Counted from the stretch's first letter, positions 27,703-35,986 are shown. The stretch is DNA of 41,329 nucleotides from Pseudomonadota bacterium (GCA_028067895.1 JAPTUI010000543.1:1-41329), one strand, 5' to 3'. Notes: generated by a model from the sequence alone, not told the origin. Numbers and translations: made by a program.

Positions 27703-28830
27703 ATGAACTCCTTCCTGCCTTTCACCCGTCCGAGCATCGATGAGCAGACGATCGCCGAAGTCGCCGACGTGCTGCGTTCCGGCTGGCTCGCCAGTGGCCC
27801 GAAGGTCAAGGCATTCGAAGCGGCGCTCTCGCAGTACTGCGGCGGCCGCCCGGTGCGCAGCCAGACCTCCGCGACCGCCAGTCTCGAACATGCGCTGCTG
27901 GTCTGCGGCATCGGCGCTGGCGATGAAGTGATCGTGCCAGCGATGAGTTTCGTCGCGAGCGCCAACGTGGTGGTGCGCACCGGCGCGCGGCCGGTGTTCG
28001 TCGATGTCGATCTGCACACGCGCAACATCGATCTGGCGCAGGCCGAAGCGGCGGTGAGTGCCCGCACCCGCGCCATCATGCCGGTGCATCTGTGCGGCCT
28101 GCCGGTCGACCTGGAGCGCGTCTATGCACTCGCCGAACGGCACCAGCTGCGGGTGATCGAGGATGCGGCTCAGGCGATGGGCTCGAGTTATCGCGGCCGG
28201 CGCATCGGCAGCTTCGGCGACCTGGTGTGCTTCAGCTTTCACCCCAACAAGAACATCACCAGCATCGAGGGTGGTGCGGTGGTGGGCGGCTCCCCGGAGG
28301 AGGTTCACGAGCTCGAGCTGCAGCGCTTTCACGGCCAGGAGAAGTCGGCCGCCGATGCGTTCGAGACGTACTTCGCCGGCGGCAAAGCGAATCTGTCGGA
28401 CGTTGCCGCCTGCGTCGGTCTCGGGCAGCTGCGCCAGCTCGAGGCCTTCAACCTGCGCCGCCGCGAACTGGCGGCGCGGTACTTCGAGCTGTGGGGCGAG
28501 GCGGCGCCGCTGGCGCTGCCGGTGCGCGGTGACGAGGGGCACAACTGGCACATGTTCGCCGCCCGGCTGCCGCTCGAGCAGATGCGCATCAGCCGGCTGG
28601 AGTTCATCGAGGCGATGGCCGCGCGCGGCATCGGCATCGGCGTACATTATCCGGCCATGCATCTGTTCAGCGCGTATCGGGCCCTCGGTTACCGCGAGGG
28701 GCAGTTCCCCAACGCCGAGCGCATCGGCCGCGAGACCGTGACGCTGCCGCTGTTCCCGGCGATGAGCTTCGAGGATGTCGAGCGCGTCGTGAACACGGTG
28801 AACGAGGTACTGCGCGGGGCGATGCGATGA
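27703..28830 (+). CDS. arnB: UDP-4-amino-4-deoxy-L-arabinose--oxoglutarate aminotransferase (DegT/DnrJ/EryC1 family)
   Basis: ORF 27667..28830 trimmed to the ATG at 27703. It contains FLPFTRPSIDEQTIAEVADVLRSGWLASGPKVKAFE...VPAMSFVASAN...FSFHPNKNITSIEGG (PLP-Lys)... Confidence 0.9.
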   Translation: MNSFLPFTRPSIDEQTIAEVADVLRSGWLASGPKVKAFEAALSQYCGGRPVRSQTSATASLEHALLVCGIGAGDEVIVPAMSFVASANVVVRTGARPVFVDVDLHTRNIDLAQAEAAVSARTRAIMPVHLCGLPVDLERVYALAERHQLRVIEDAAQAMGSSYRGRRIGSFGDLVCFSFHPNKNITSIEGGAVVGGSPEEVHELELQRFHGQEKSAADAFETYFAGGKANLSDVAACVGLGQLRQLEAFNLRRRELAARYFELWGEAAPLALPVRGDEGHNWHMFAARLPLEQMRISRLEFIEAMAARGIGIGVHYPAMHLFSAYRALGYREGQFPNAERIGRETVTLPLFPAMSFEDVERVVNTVNEVLRGAMR

Positions 28831-29879
28831 GCGCGACGCTCTCGATCATCATTCCCGTCTACAACGAAGAGGCGGGTCTGGCGGCGCTGTTCGAGCGGCT
28901 GTATCCAGCACTCGATGCGCTGGCGCGCGAGTACGAAGTGATTTTCGTCGATGACGGCAGTCGCGACCGGTCCGCCGCGGCGCTGCGCGAGCAGTTCGAG
29001 CGCCGCCCGGATCACACCCGTGTGGTGCTCCTGACGCGCAACGCCGGTCAGCACATGGCGATCCTCGCCGGTTTTGCGCACGCGCGCGGGGATTACATCG
29101 TCACCCTCGATGCGGACCTGCAGAACCCGCCGGAGGAGATCGCCAAGGTGGTCGCGGCCATGGATCAGGGCGCGGACTACGTGGGCACCGTGCGCGCCCG
29201 GCGCCACGACGTCTATTGGCGCAAGGTGGCCTCGCGACTGATGAACCGAATCCGCGAGCGCACCACGCAGATCCGCATCACGGATCAGGGCTGCATGCTG
29301 CGCGGCTATCACCGCACGATCGTCGAGGCCATCAATCGCTGCGTCGAGGTGAGCACCTTCGTGCCGGCGCTCGGCTATACCTTCGCCCGTCATCCGACCG
29401 AGGTCGAGGTTGCGCATGCCGAGCGCGTCGCCGGCCAGTCGAAGTACTCGCTCTACCGGCTGATCCGCCTGAACTTCGATCTGATGACCGGCTTCTCGGT
29501 TGCGCCGCTGCAGTTCTTCACGATGTTCGGCATCCTGATCGCCCTGGTGTCGCTCGGTTTCGTGGTGGTATTGGCGATCCGCCGCCTGTTCATCGGACCG
29601 GAAGTGCAGGGCGTGTTCACGCTGTTCGGCCTCGCTTTCTTCTTCATCGGCGTGCTGCTGGTGAGCGTCGGGGTGGTCGGGGAGTACGTCGGGCGCATCT
29701 ACGAGCAGGTGCGCCAGCGCCCGCGCTACACCGTCTCGGCGATCCTCGAGGGGGACGAGGGCCTCGCCTCCGGTGAGCGCCCGGCGCGACCGGCGCTCGT
29801 GCTGCCGCCGGCCGTGCAGGCGGAGATCGATCACACCGAGATGCTGCGCGCCGAGCACGAGCCGGGTGGCGGTCGGTGA
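28827..29879 (+). CDS. arnC: undecaprenyl-phosphate 4-deoxy-4-formamido-L-arabinose transferase (GT2)
   Basis: It contains LSIIIPVYNEE...VIFVDDGSRDRS...RNAGQHMA...LDADLQNPPEEI...QSKYSLYRLIRL and two C-terminal TM helices. ATGA overlap with arnB. It carries a ~35-aa extra C-terminal tail. Confidence 0.9.
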   Translation: MSATLSIIIPVYNEEAGLAALFERLYPALDALAREYEVIFVDDGSRDRSAAALREQFERRPDHTRVVLLTRNAGQHMAILAGFAHARGDYIVTLDADLQNPPEEIAKVVAAMDQGADYVGTVRARRHDVYWRKVASRLMNRIRERTTQIRITDQGCMLRGYHRTIVEAINRCVEVSTFVPALGYTFARHPTEVEVAHAERVAGQSKYSLYRLIRLNFDLMTGFSVAPLQFFTMFGILIALVSLGFVVVLAIRRLFIGPEVQGVFTLFGLAFFFIGVLLVSVGVVGEYVGRIYEQVRQRPRYTVSAILEGDEGLASGERPARPALVLPPAVQAEIDHTEMLRAEHEPGGGR

Positions 29880-30805
29880 GCCGCGGACCGCGAGCGGTCG
29901 TCTTTGCCTACCACGACGTCGGTGTCCGCTGCCTGAAGGCGCTGCTCTCCGGGGGCGTCGAGGTGGCGCTGGTGGTCACCGTCGCGGACGATCCGAAGGA
30001 GACGCAGTGGTTCGCGAGCGTCGCTGAAACGGCGCGCGATTACGCGCTGCCGGTGGCGATGCCCGAGGATCCCAACAGCGCGGCATTCGTCGCGCAGCTC
30101 GCCGCGCTCGATGCGGACTTTATCTTTTCCTTCTACTACCGCTCCATGCTCGGCGCGCCATTGCTCGAGTGCGCACGGCGCGCAGCGCTGAACATGCACG
30201 GCTCGCTGCTGCCGAAGTATCGCGGCCGTGCGCCGGTGAACTGGGCGATCCTCAATGGGGAGCGCGAAATCGGCGCGACGCTGCACTACATGGTGGCGCG
30301 CGCCGACGCCGGGGACATCGTCGATCAGCAGGCCGTGCCGATCCTTGCCGATGATGATGCGCGCGAGGTGTATGCCAAGGTGACCGCCGCGGCCGAGATG
30401 GTGCTGGTGCGCGCACTGCCGGGGCTGATCGCGGGTGACGCGCCCCGGCGCTCGCAGCCGATCGTGCCGGGGCAGTACTTCGGGCGGCGCGGTCCGGAGG
30501 ACGGGCGCATCGACTGGCGGTGGCCGGCCGAGCGCATCCACAACCTGGTGCGTGCGGTCGCCCCGCCGTTCCCGGGAGCCTTCGGGGACGTTGGCGCGGA
30601 GCGCTGGTGGCTGCACCGCACGCGCGTCGCGCCGCAGACGCTCACCCCCGGGGAGCCGCGGCTGATCGGTGCCCATGGAGAATGCCAACTGGTCTGCGTC
30701 GACGGATCGGTACTGCGGATTTTGCGCGCCGCCACCGCGTCCGGACCGCTCGACCTGGCGCGCCTGGCGAGCGATTTCGAGCGCCGTCCGGTGACGCTCG
30801 GCTGA
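29876..30805 (+). CDS. arnA: UDP-L-Ara4N formyltransferase (stand-alone ArnA N-terminal domain)
   Basis: GTG start overlapping the arnC stop (GTGA). It contains AVVFAYHDVGVRCLKALL...DFIFSFYYRSML...ALNMHGSLLPKYRGRAPVNWAILNGE...GATLHYM...DAGDIVDQ. This is the formyltransferase fold with the SLLP/HxSLLP motif. Confidence 0.85.
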   Translation: MSRGPRAVVFAYHDVGVRCLKALLSGGVEVALVVTVADDPKETQWFASVAETARDYALPVAMPEDPNSAAFVAQLAALDADFIFSFYYRSMLGAPLLECARRAALNMHGSLLPKYRGRAPVNWAILNGEREIGATLHYMVARADAGDIVDQQAVPILADDDAREVYAKVTAAAEMVLVRALPGLIAGDAPRRSQPIVPGQYFGRRGPEDGRIDWRWPAERIHNLVRAVAPPFPGAFGDVGAERWWLHRTRVAPQTLTPGEPRLIGAHGECQLVCVDGSVLRILRAATASGPLDLARLASDFERRPVTLG

Positions 30806-30834
30806 GTGCGCGCCGTGTCCGAAACGGGGATGTC

Positions 30835-31734
30835 GTGACCACCATTGCCCTGAAAATCGATGTCGACACGTACCGCGGGACGCTCGAGGGCGTGCCGCGG
30901 CTCGCCGCAGCGCTCGAGCGCTGCGGGGCGCGGGCGACGTTTCTGTTTTCGCTCGGCCCGGATCACACCGGCCGGGCTCTGAAGCGCGTGTTCCGGCGCG
31001 GCTTTCTCGGCAAGGTGCGTCGTACCTCGGTGGTCAGCCACTACGGTGTGCGCACGCTGCTCTATGGCGTGCTCCTGCCCGGCCCGCGCATCGGCCGGCG
31101 TTGTGCGGGCGAGCTCAAAGCGATCGAGGCTCGTGGTTTCGAGGTCGGCGTGCACACCTGGGATCACGTCAAATGGCAGGACGGCGTGGCGCGCGCCGGC
31201 GCGCAGTGGACACGCCGGGAGTTCGAGCTCGCCTGCGAGGAGTTCGGGCGGGTGTTCGGGCATGCGCCGGCGACGCACGGGGCGGCCGGCTGGCAGATGA
31301 ACGCCCACGTGCCGCAGCTACAGGCCGAGCACGGCATGCGGTATGCGTCCGATACCCGCGGGCGCGGTCCTTTCATTCCGCTCATCGAGGGGCGGGAGGT
31401 CCCGGTGCCGCAACTGCCGACCACGCTGCCGACCCTCGATGAGCTGATCGGCCGCGGGGATCTCGGCACTGCCGATCCGATCGAGCATCTGTTGCGCGTG
31501 AGCGCCGACGGCGCCGATCACGTCTTCACGCTCCATGCGGAGCTCGAGGGCGGGGCCTACCTGACGGGATTCGAGCGGTTGCTCGGCGCGTGGCGCGAGC
31601 GCGGCGCGATTCTGACGGACCTGGCGACGTACGCCTCGGGTCTGGACCCGGCAGCGCTGCCGCGCTGCCCGATCGATGCCGGCAGCGTGCCGGGGCGCGC
31701 CGGGACACTGGCCGTACAGGGGAGGGCCCGCTGA
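30835..31734 (+). CDS. arnD: 4-deoxy-4-formamido-L-arabinose-phosphoundecaprenol deformylase (polysaccharide deacetylase family)
   Basis: ORF 30520..31734 trimmed to the GTG at 30835 (VTTIALKIDVDTYRGTLEGVPRL...ATFLFSLGPD...FEVGVHTWDHVKWQ...TLHAELEG...). Confidence 0.85.
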   Translation: MTTIALKIDVDTYRGTLEGVPRLAAALERCGARATFLFSLGPDHTGRALKRVFRRGFLGKVRRTSVVSHYGVRTLLYGVLLPGPRIGRRCAGELKAIEARGFEVGVHTWDHVKWQDGVARAGAQWTRREFELACEEFGRVFGHAPATHGAAGWQMNAHVPQLQAEHGMRYASDTRGRGPFIPLIEGREVPVPQLPTTLPTLDELIGRGDLGTADPIEHLLRVSADGADHVFTLHAELEGGAYLTGFERLLGAWRERGAILTDLATYASGLDPAALPRCPIDAGSVPGRAGTLAVQGRAR

Positions 31735-32732
31735 TGAATTCAAAGCCCGAGAGCATGCAGGTCATTGAGATCACCGCGCCCGGCGGCCCCAAGGTGCTGC
31801 GGCTCGCCCGGCGCGCGCGCCCGCAGCCCGGTCCGGGCGAGGTGTTGATCCGGGTGCGCGCCGCCGGTGTCAATCGGCCCGACGTGTTGCAGCGGCGCGG
31901 GGCGTATCCGCCGCCGCCCGGTGCGAGCGACATCCCGGGACTCGAGATTGCCGGCGAGGTGATCGAGTTGGGAGCCGACGTCACTCAGTGGCGGCGCGGG
32001 GATGCGGTCTGCGCGCTGCTCGCCGGGGGCGGTTACGCCGAGTACGCGCTCGCTCCGGCCGTGCAATGCCTGCCGGTGCCCCGGGGGTTCAGTCTCGAGC
32101 ATGCGGCGGTTCTGCCCGAGACGGTGTTTACCGTGTATTACAACGTCTGGGAGCGCTCGCGCCTGCGCCCCGGCGAGTGGCTGCTGGTGCACGGCGGCAC
32201 CAGCGGCATCGGCACGACTGCGATTCTGCTGGCCAAGGCATTCGGTGCGCACGTCATCGCGACCGCCGGGAGCGCTGAAAAATGCGCTGCATGCCTGCGT
32301 CTCGGTGCCGACGTGGCAATCGATTACAAGGACGCGGACTTCGTCGCCGGGACACTCGAGGCGACGCAGGGACGCGGCGCGGATGTCATTCTCGACATGG
32401 TGGGCGGGGAGTACGTGGCCCGCGACATCGCCGCAGCCGCCCCGGAGGGGCGCATTGCGATCATTGCGACGCAGGGCGGTCGCAGCGCCCAAATCGATCT
32501 CGGCCAGCTCATGGGCAAGCGGCTCACCCTCGGCGGCTCGACGCTGCGGCCGCAGACCGTGGCGCGCAAGGGCGAGCTCGCCGCGGCGCTGCGCCGGGAG
32601 ATCTGGCCGCTGCTCGAATCGGGCTCGGTGCGCCTGCCGATCCACGCACGCTTCCCGCTGCGCGAGGCCGCCGAGGCGCATGCGCTGATGGAGTCGGGCG
32701 CACACGTCGGCAAGATCGTCCTGGTGCCTTGA
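31734..32732 (+). CDS. qor: NAD(P)H:quinone oxidoreductase (zeta-crystallin/PIG3-type MDR)
   Basis: ORF 31590..32732 trimmed to the ATG at 31734, which shares one nt with the arnD TGA (TGATG). It contains MQVIEITAPGGPKVL...VRAAGVNRPDVLQRRGAYPPPPGASDIPGLEIAGEV...GGYAEY...LVHGGTSGIGT...HVGKIVL. Confidence 0.85.
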   Translation: MNSKPESMQVIEITAPGGPKVLRLARRARPQPGPGEVLIRVRAAGVNRPDVLQRRGAYPPPPGASDIPGLEIAGEVIELGADVTQWRRGDAVCALLAGGGYAEYALAPAVQCLPVPRGFSLEHAAVLPETVFTVYYNVWERSRLRPGEWLLVHGGTSGIGTTAILLAKAFGAHVIATAGSAEKCAACLRLGADVAIDYKDADFVAGTLEATQGRGADVILDMVGGEYVARDIAAAAPEGRIAIIATQGGRSAQIDLGQLMGKRLTLGGSTLRPQTVARKGELAAALRREIWPLLESGSVRLPIHARFPLREAAEAHALMESGAHVGKIVLVP

Positions 32733-32942
32733 AGTCAGGTACCGGCAAATCGGCACGGACGCGTCCGCAGCGGCGTGAAGAATCGTGCGCGTCGTCATCT
32801 GGACGCCGCGCACCGTGAAACGTGGTGATCGTGCGGTTGGCGCGGTTACGTGCACCGTGACGTTGGTGCCTTGTTCCTCGCAGCAATACCCCATGCGCGC
32901 GGGTATCGCCGGCTTCTCGGGCGGTTGCCGCCCGACGCACTC

Positions 32943-33158
32943 ATGAGCAGCGTGAACGCCACGCTCACGCGGCAGATGCTCGAGTGGATCGCCATGCGTC
33001 CCAGAACCTACGCGGAAGTCATGCAGGTGTGGCGGACGTCGTGCCCGCGCATGTCAATCTGGGAGGACGCGTGTGCCGCAGGATTGATCGAATATGAGGC
33101 GGGCACCGGCAAGGTGACATTGAGCTGCGGCGGCAGAGCGTTCCTGATGAACCCGTGA
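32943..33158 (+). CDS. small conserved hypothetical protein (71 aa)
   Basis: [68 protein letters not shown]. Coding-like composition, 22 nt upstream of the dehydrogenase start. I recall similar small ORFs next to D-2-hydroxyacid dehydrogenases, but this is unverified. Confidence 0.5.
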   Translation: MSSVNATLTRQMLEWIAMRPRTYAEVMQVWRTSCPRMSIWEDACAAGLIEYEAGTGKVTLSCGGRAFLMNP

Positions 33159-33180
33159 AACATCCCGAGGTAGATGTTCG

Positions 33181-33441
33181 ATGAAAGTATCGATCCTGGA
33201 TGACTACTTCGACACGCTCAGAACCTTGCCATGCTTCACGCGGCTGGCGAGGCACGAGGTGCGTATCTGGAATGATCACCTCGAGGATGATGATGCGCTC
33301 GGGGAGCGACTCGCCGACACCGAGGCGCTGGTCCTCATCCGCGATCGCACGAAGATCCGGGCAAGTCTTCTCGAACGCCTGCCTCGGCTGGAGCTGATCA
33401 GTCAGCGCAGCGTGTTTCCGCACATCGATGTCGGGGCGTGA
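33181..33441 (+). pseudogene. D-isomer-specific 2-hydroxyacid dehydrogenase, 5' fragment
   Basis: [86 protein letters not shown], then a stop. Family homology ends at about 33436, where the ISL3-derived sequence begins. Confidence 0.75.
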
Positions 33442-33836
33442 GCTCCCCCTGGTTCATCGCGGGGATGGGGTTTGATGAGCAGCAGCGCAAGCTCAGTATC
33501 CGCGTAGACTTCGAGGTCGGCAGCCGCTTTGCCGTGCCGGGCCAGATCGGGGAGCATCCGGTTCACGACACCGTCACGAAGACCTACCGGCACCTGAACT
33601 TCTTCCAGTACCAATGCGACCTTGAGGTGCGTGTTCCGCGGGTGAAGCTCCCGCACGGCAAGGTCGTGCAGGTCAGCCCGCCGTGGGCCGGCAAGCTCTC
33701 CGGGTTCTCGCTGCTGTTCGAGGCGTTTGTGCTGCTGCTGTCGCGGCAGATGCCTTTCTCCGGGGTGTCCAGGGTCACCGGGGAGTCGATCCACCGGGTC
33801 ATGGCGGTGTGCCATCGCTACGTCGAGGCGACGGTA
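33438..33836 (+). mobile_element. ISL3-family transposase gene fragment (both ends missing, no IR)
   Basis: ...SSPWFIAGMGFDEQQRKLSIRVDF...HPVHDTVTKTYRHLNFFQYQCDLEVRVPRVKLPHGKVVQVSPPWAGKLSGFSLLFEAFVLLL...GESIHRVMAVCHRYVEA matches the ISL3 N-terminal region. The first ~12 residues and the zinc-finger Cys residues are lost, and everything after ~130 aa is replaced. Confidence 0.7.
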
Positions 33837-33837
33837 G

Positions 33838-33984
33838 CATACGTTCGGCACCTTCAGCGACTTCACGACTGCACTGAACACGGACCTCAGCAACGACTCG
33901 GTGCTCGGCATCTTTGCCGAGGGTGCCTATGGGGCGAACGGCACGCTCACCGTCAAACGGGTATTCGTGGTGCTGAACGACTGA
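33838..33984 (+). pseudogene. orphan 3' gene remnant (48 codons) of unknown family
   Basis: The frame opens directly after a TAG at 33835-33837: HTFGTFSDFTTALNTDLSNDSVLGIFAEGAYGANGTLTVKRVFVVLND, then a stop, followed by a strong terminator hairpin. It has no start codon or N-terminal part. Confidence 0.4.
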
Positions 33985-33998
33985 GCCGAGACCCAAGC

Positions 33999-34030
33999 GC
34001 TGACCCCGCCCCCAAACGGGCGGGGTCAGC
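33999..34030 (+). terminator. hairpin terminator of the orphan gene remnant
   Basis: GCTGACCCCGCCC (33999-34011), loop ccaaac, GGGCGGGGTCAGC (34018-34030). A perfect 13-bp stem followed by GCCGCTTTCGG (short T run). Confidence 0.6.
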
Positions 34031-34201
34031 GCCGCTTTCGGCATCCGGGCTGGCGGGATCGGCCGGCGGGTCAGGGGAGCCAGATCGGCCCGCTGCTCGA
34101 GTCAATCGTTCAGCCGGCCTCATCGGCGTCGGTTTTTTTTACATAGGCGGAGACTCTCTGGCCCCCCATGCAGCATAAGTCATTATTCCAGAATATCTTT
34201 T

Positions 34202-34230
34202 TTGGACTCGCATACAAATTGCATTACATA
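34202..34230 (+). promoter_or_regulatory. putative sigma70-type promoter of the PEP-CTERM gene
   Basis: TTGGAC (34202-34207), 17-nt spacer, TACATA (34225-34230), in an AT-rich patch about 50 nt upstream of the TTG start. Pattern match only. Confidence 0.3.
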
Positions 34231-34279
34231 CGCATCGGACCGTGACGCCGATCAATGGCATGGAATAAATGGAGGTCTC

Positions 34280-34888
34280 TTGAAGCACGTCCCCGCACGC
34301 AGCACCCGCCTGCTGGCCGCAATCGCCCTCACGGCAGTCGGCGCCCTGAGCGTAACGGCTGCACACGCCAGCACGATGTCCTGGAACTGGTCCTACAGCA
34401 GTAACAGCTACAGCGGCAACCCGAGCGGGAGCGGCTCGCTCACCGCGCAGTCGCAAGCGGACGGCTCTTACCTCATCACCTCGCTGACGGGGACCTGGGA
34501 CCAGTATTCGATCACGGGATTGCTTAAGCCGAAAACCTCTTTTGGCAACGACAATCTGCTCTTCCCATCCTCGGCCACGACGAACACCAACTACAACAGC
34601 AACCTGCTCCTGGATTTCTACGGCCTTTCATTCAGCGTGAACCGGGGCAGCCAGACCGAACAGGTTAATCTGTACGTATCCGGTACGGCATATTGGTCGT
34701 GCACTAGCCGTACTATCTATACCTGCAACTCGCGCCCCACCGGCACCTTCTCGATTTCAACCACCACCTCGAGTGTGCCGGAGCCGGGGAGCTTTGCGCT
34801 GTTCGCGGGTGCCCTGGGCCTTTTAGCTGGCCTGACGGCACTGCAACGCCGTCGCCACCGCTCGGCTGCAGACGCACCGCGCGTGTAA
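34280..34888 (+). CDS. PEP-CTERM sorting domain-containing secreted protein
   Basis: TTG at 34280 with GGAGG 4 nt upstream. It has a signal peptide (LKHVPARSTRLLAAIALTAVGALSVTAAHA) and a C-terminal VPEPGSFALFAGALGLLAGLTALQRRRHR (PEP motif, TM helix, Arg cluster). Confidence 0.8.
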   Translation: MKHVPARSTRLLAAIALTAVGALSVTAAHASTMSWNWSYSSNSYSGNPSGSGSLTAQSQADGSYLITSLTGTWDQYSITGLLKPKTSFGNDNLLFPSSATTNTNYNSNLLLDFYGLSFSVNRGSQTEQVNLYVSGTAYWSCTSRTIYTCNSRPTGTFSISTTTSSVPEPGSFALFAGALGLLAGLTALQRRRHRSAADAPRV

Positions 34889-34912
34889 ATCCACCGGTTT
34901 GCACCGGGCTGC

Positions 34913-34948
34913 GAGAACGCCGCCTCCGGGCGGCGTTCTCGTTTGGTG
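34913..34948 (+). terminator. rho-independent terminator of the PEP-CTERM gene
   Basis: GAGAACGCCGCC (34913-34924), loop tccg, GGCGGCGTTCTC (34929-34940), then GTTTGGTG. A second 9-bp hairpin follows (GGTGCGCCC-ggca-GGGCGCACC, 34945-34966). Confidence 0.65.
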
Positions 34949-35048
34949 CGCCCGGCAGGGCGCACCCTCTTGGAGGTGAAAGTCCTCTGCATGCCCGACA
35001 CGGGGAAATGCTAGCTGCACGGCAAGGGCTGCCCGGGTGACTGGGGGT

Positions 35049-35564
35049 CTAAGAAGCCGGAGGCAAAGCGCTGGCGCGACGAACAGGAAGCGGATAGAGG
35101 CGGCACCGCGGGGTGAGCAGGCCAAAAGATGCAAAGCCCGGTACGTGTACGCTGTAGAAGCGCTCGGCACGCGTGTTGCCTACCATGACCCATAGGACCG
35201 CGTCTTGAAATCGGATCTCGCGCAGCCGAGAGCGACCCTGCTGGAGCAGAGCTAGCCCCAGACGCCGCCCCCACCAATCTGGGTCCACATACAGGGCGCA
35301 GAGTTCGCCACCGCCCCGAGCATCGGGGCCGCGCGCCGGCGCCACAGTTGCAAATCCGACGACCAAGCCGCCTTCCACGGCTATGGTGGTTGAGGGTTTA
35401 CTCGGGTCGCTGGTCGCAAAATCGTAATGCTTCGCTCGATCCTCGGGGCGTAGCCGATCAAGATACTCAGCCGGCAACAGATTCCGATACGCCGCCTGCC
35501 AAGACCGGACGTGCACTCGCGCCACGGACAGCACGTCCTCAGGAGTGGCGGCTCGAAGCAGCAT
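35049..35564 (-). CDS. GNAT family N-acetyltransferase
   Basis: 171 aa starting MLLRAATPEDVLSVARVHVRSWQAAYRNLLP, then ...ELCALYVDPDWWGRRLGLALLQ (acetyl-CoA Q/RxxGxG/A motif)...NTRAERFY. The C-terminal ~35 aa look atypical, suggesting possible 3' damage. Confidence 0.75.
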   Translation of the reverse strand: MLLRAATPEDVLSVARVHVRSWQAAYRNLLPAEYLDRLRPEDRAKHYDFATSDPSKPSTTIAVEGGLVVGFATVAPARGPDARGGGELCALYVDPDWWGRRLGLALLQQGRSRLREIRFQDAVLWVMVGNTRAERFYSVHVPGFASFGLLTPRCRLYPLPVRRASALPPAS

Positions 35565-35599
35565 GACTCGGGTAACCCGAAAATCAATCGGATCTGCAT

Positions 35600-35986
35600 T
35601 TCACCAGAACCCCGGACCCAGTCAATGAGCGCGAACAAATGAATATTATCCCGGCCCGCTGATGGAACCCGCCCTGTGCGAGCGAGATTCTTGCGCGTGT
35701 CGGGGCCCGTTCCCTCGCCAATCGTGATCAGCGCGCCCGGGACACGGCCGCAATTTGGAAGGGCTCGCTCACCTTCATCGCCCACAAGCGGATCGACGCT
35801 GCAGAGCAGCCGATCTTACCGGCAATCGACTGCTTCGCTGCCCAGCACGTGGGACTCTCCTCCAAGTGCTCCTGGAACAGTCGTGCCGGTCGCTCCCGGA
35901 TCCAGGCTGAATATCCCTTCGACGTATTTTTACTTTGACTCCATCCTGTCAAGAAGCGAGGTCTCCAGGAAATCCGGCGCGGTTCA
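35600..35986 (-). mobile_element. IS3-family (IS51/IS6110-like group) left-end fragment: IRL plus degenerate 5' part of orfA
   Basis: Read on the minus strand from 35986: TGAACCGCGCCGGATTTCCTGGAGACCTC, resembling the IS6110-type terminal repeat as I recall it. orfA fragment 35952..35728 reads ...KGYSAWIRERPARLFQEHLEESPTCWAAKQSIAGKIGCSAASIRLWAMKV. It is frame-broken downstream, with no orfB. Confidence 0.65.

Noticed and set aside
32857-32869. 13-nt direct repeat GTGACGTTGGTGC at 32857-32869 and 36720-36732, bracketing the small-ORF/dehydrogenase locus. I considered it as a possible target duplication or att-like repeat.
   Set aside because: By a rough estimate, about ten identical 13-mer pairs are expected by chance in 41 kb. 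The flanking bases do not extend the match, and the positions do not coincide with any IS end.
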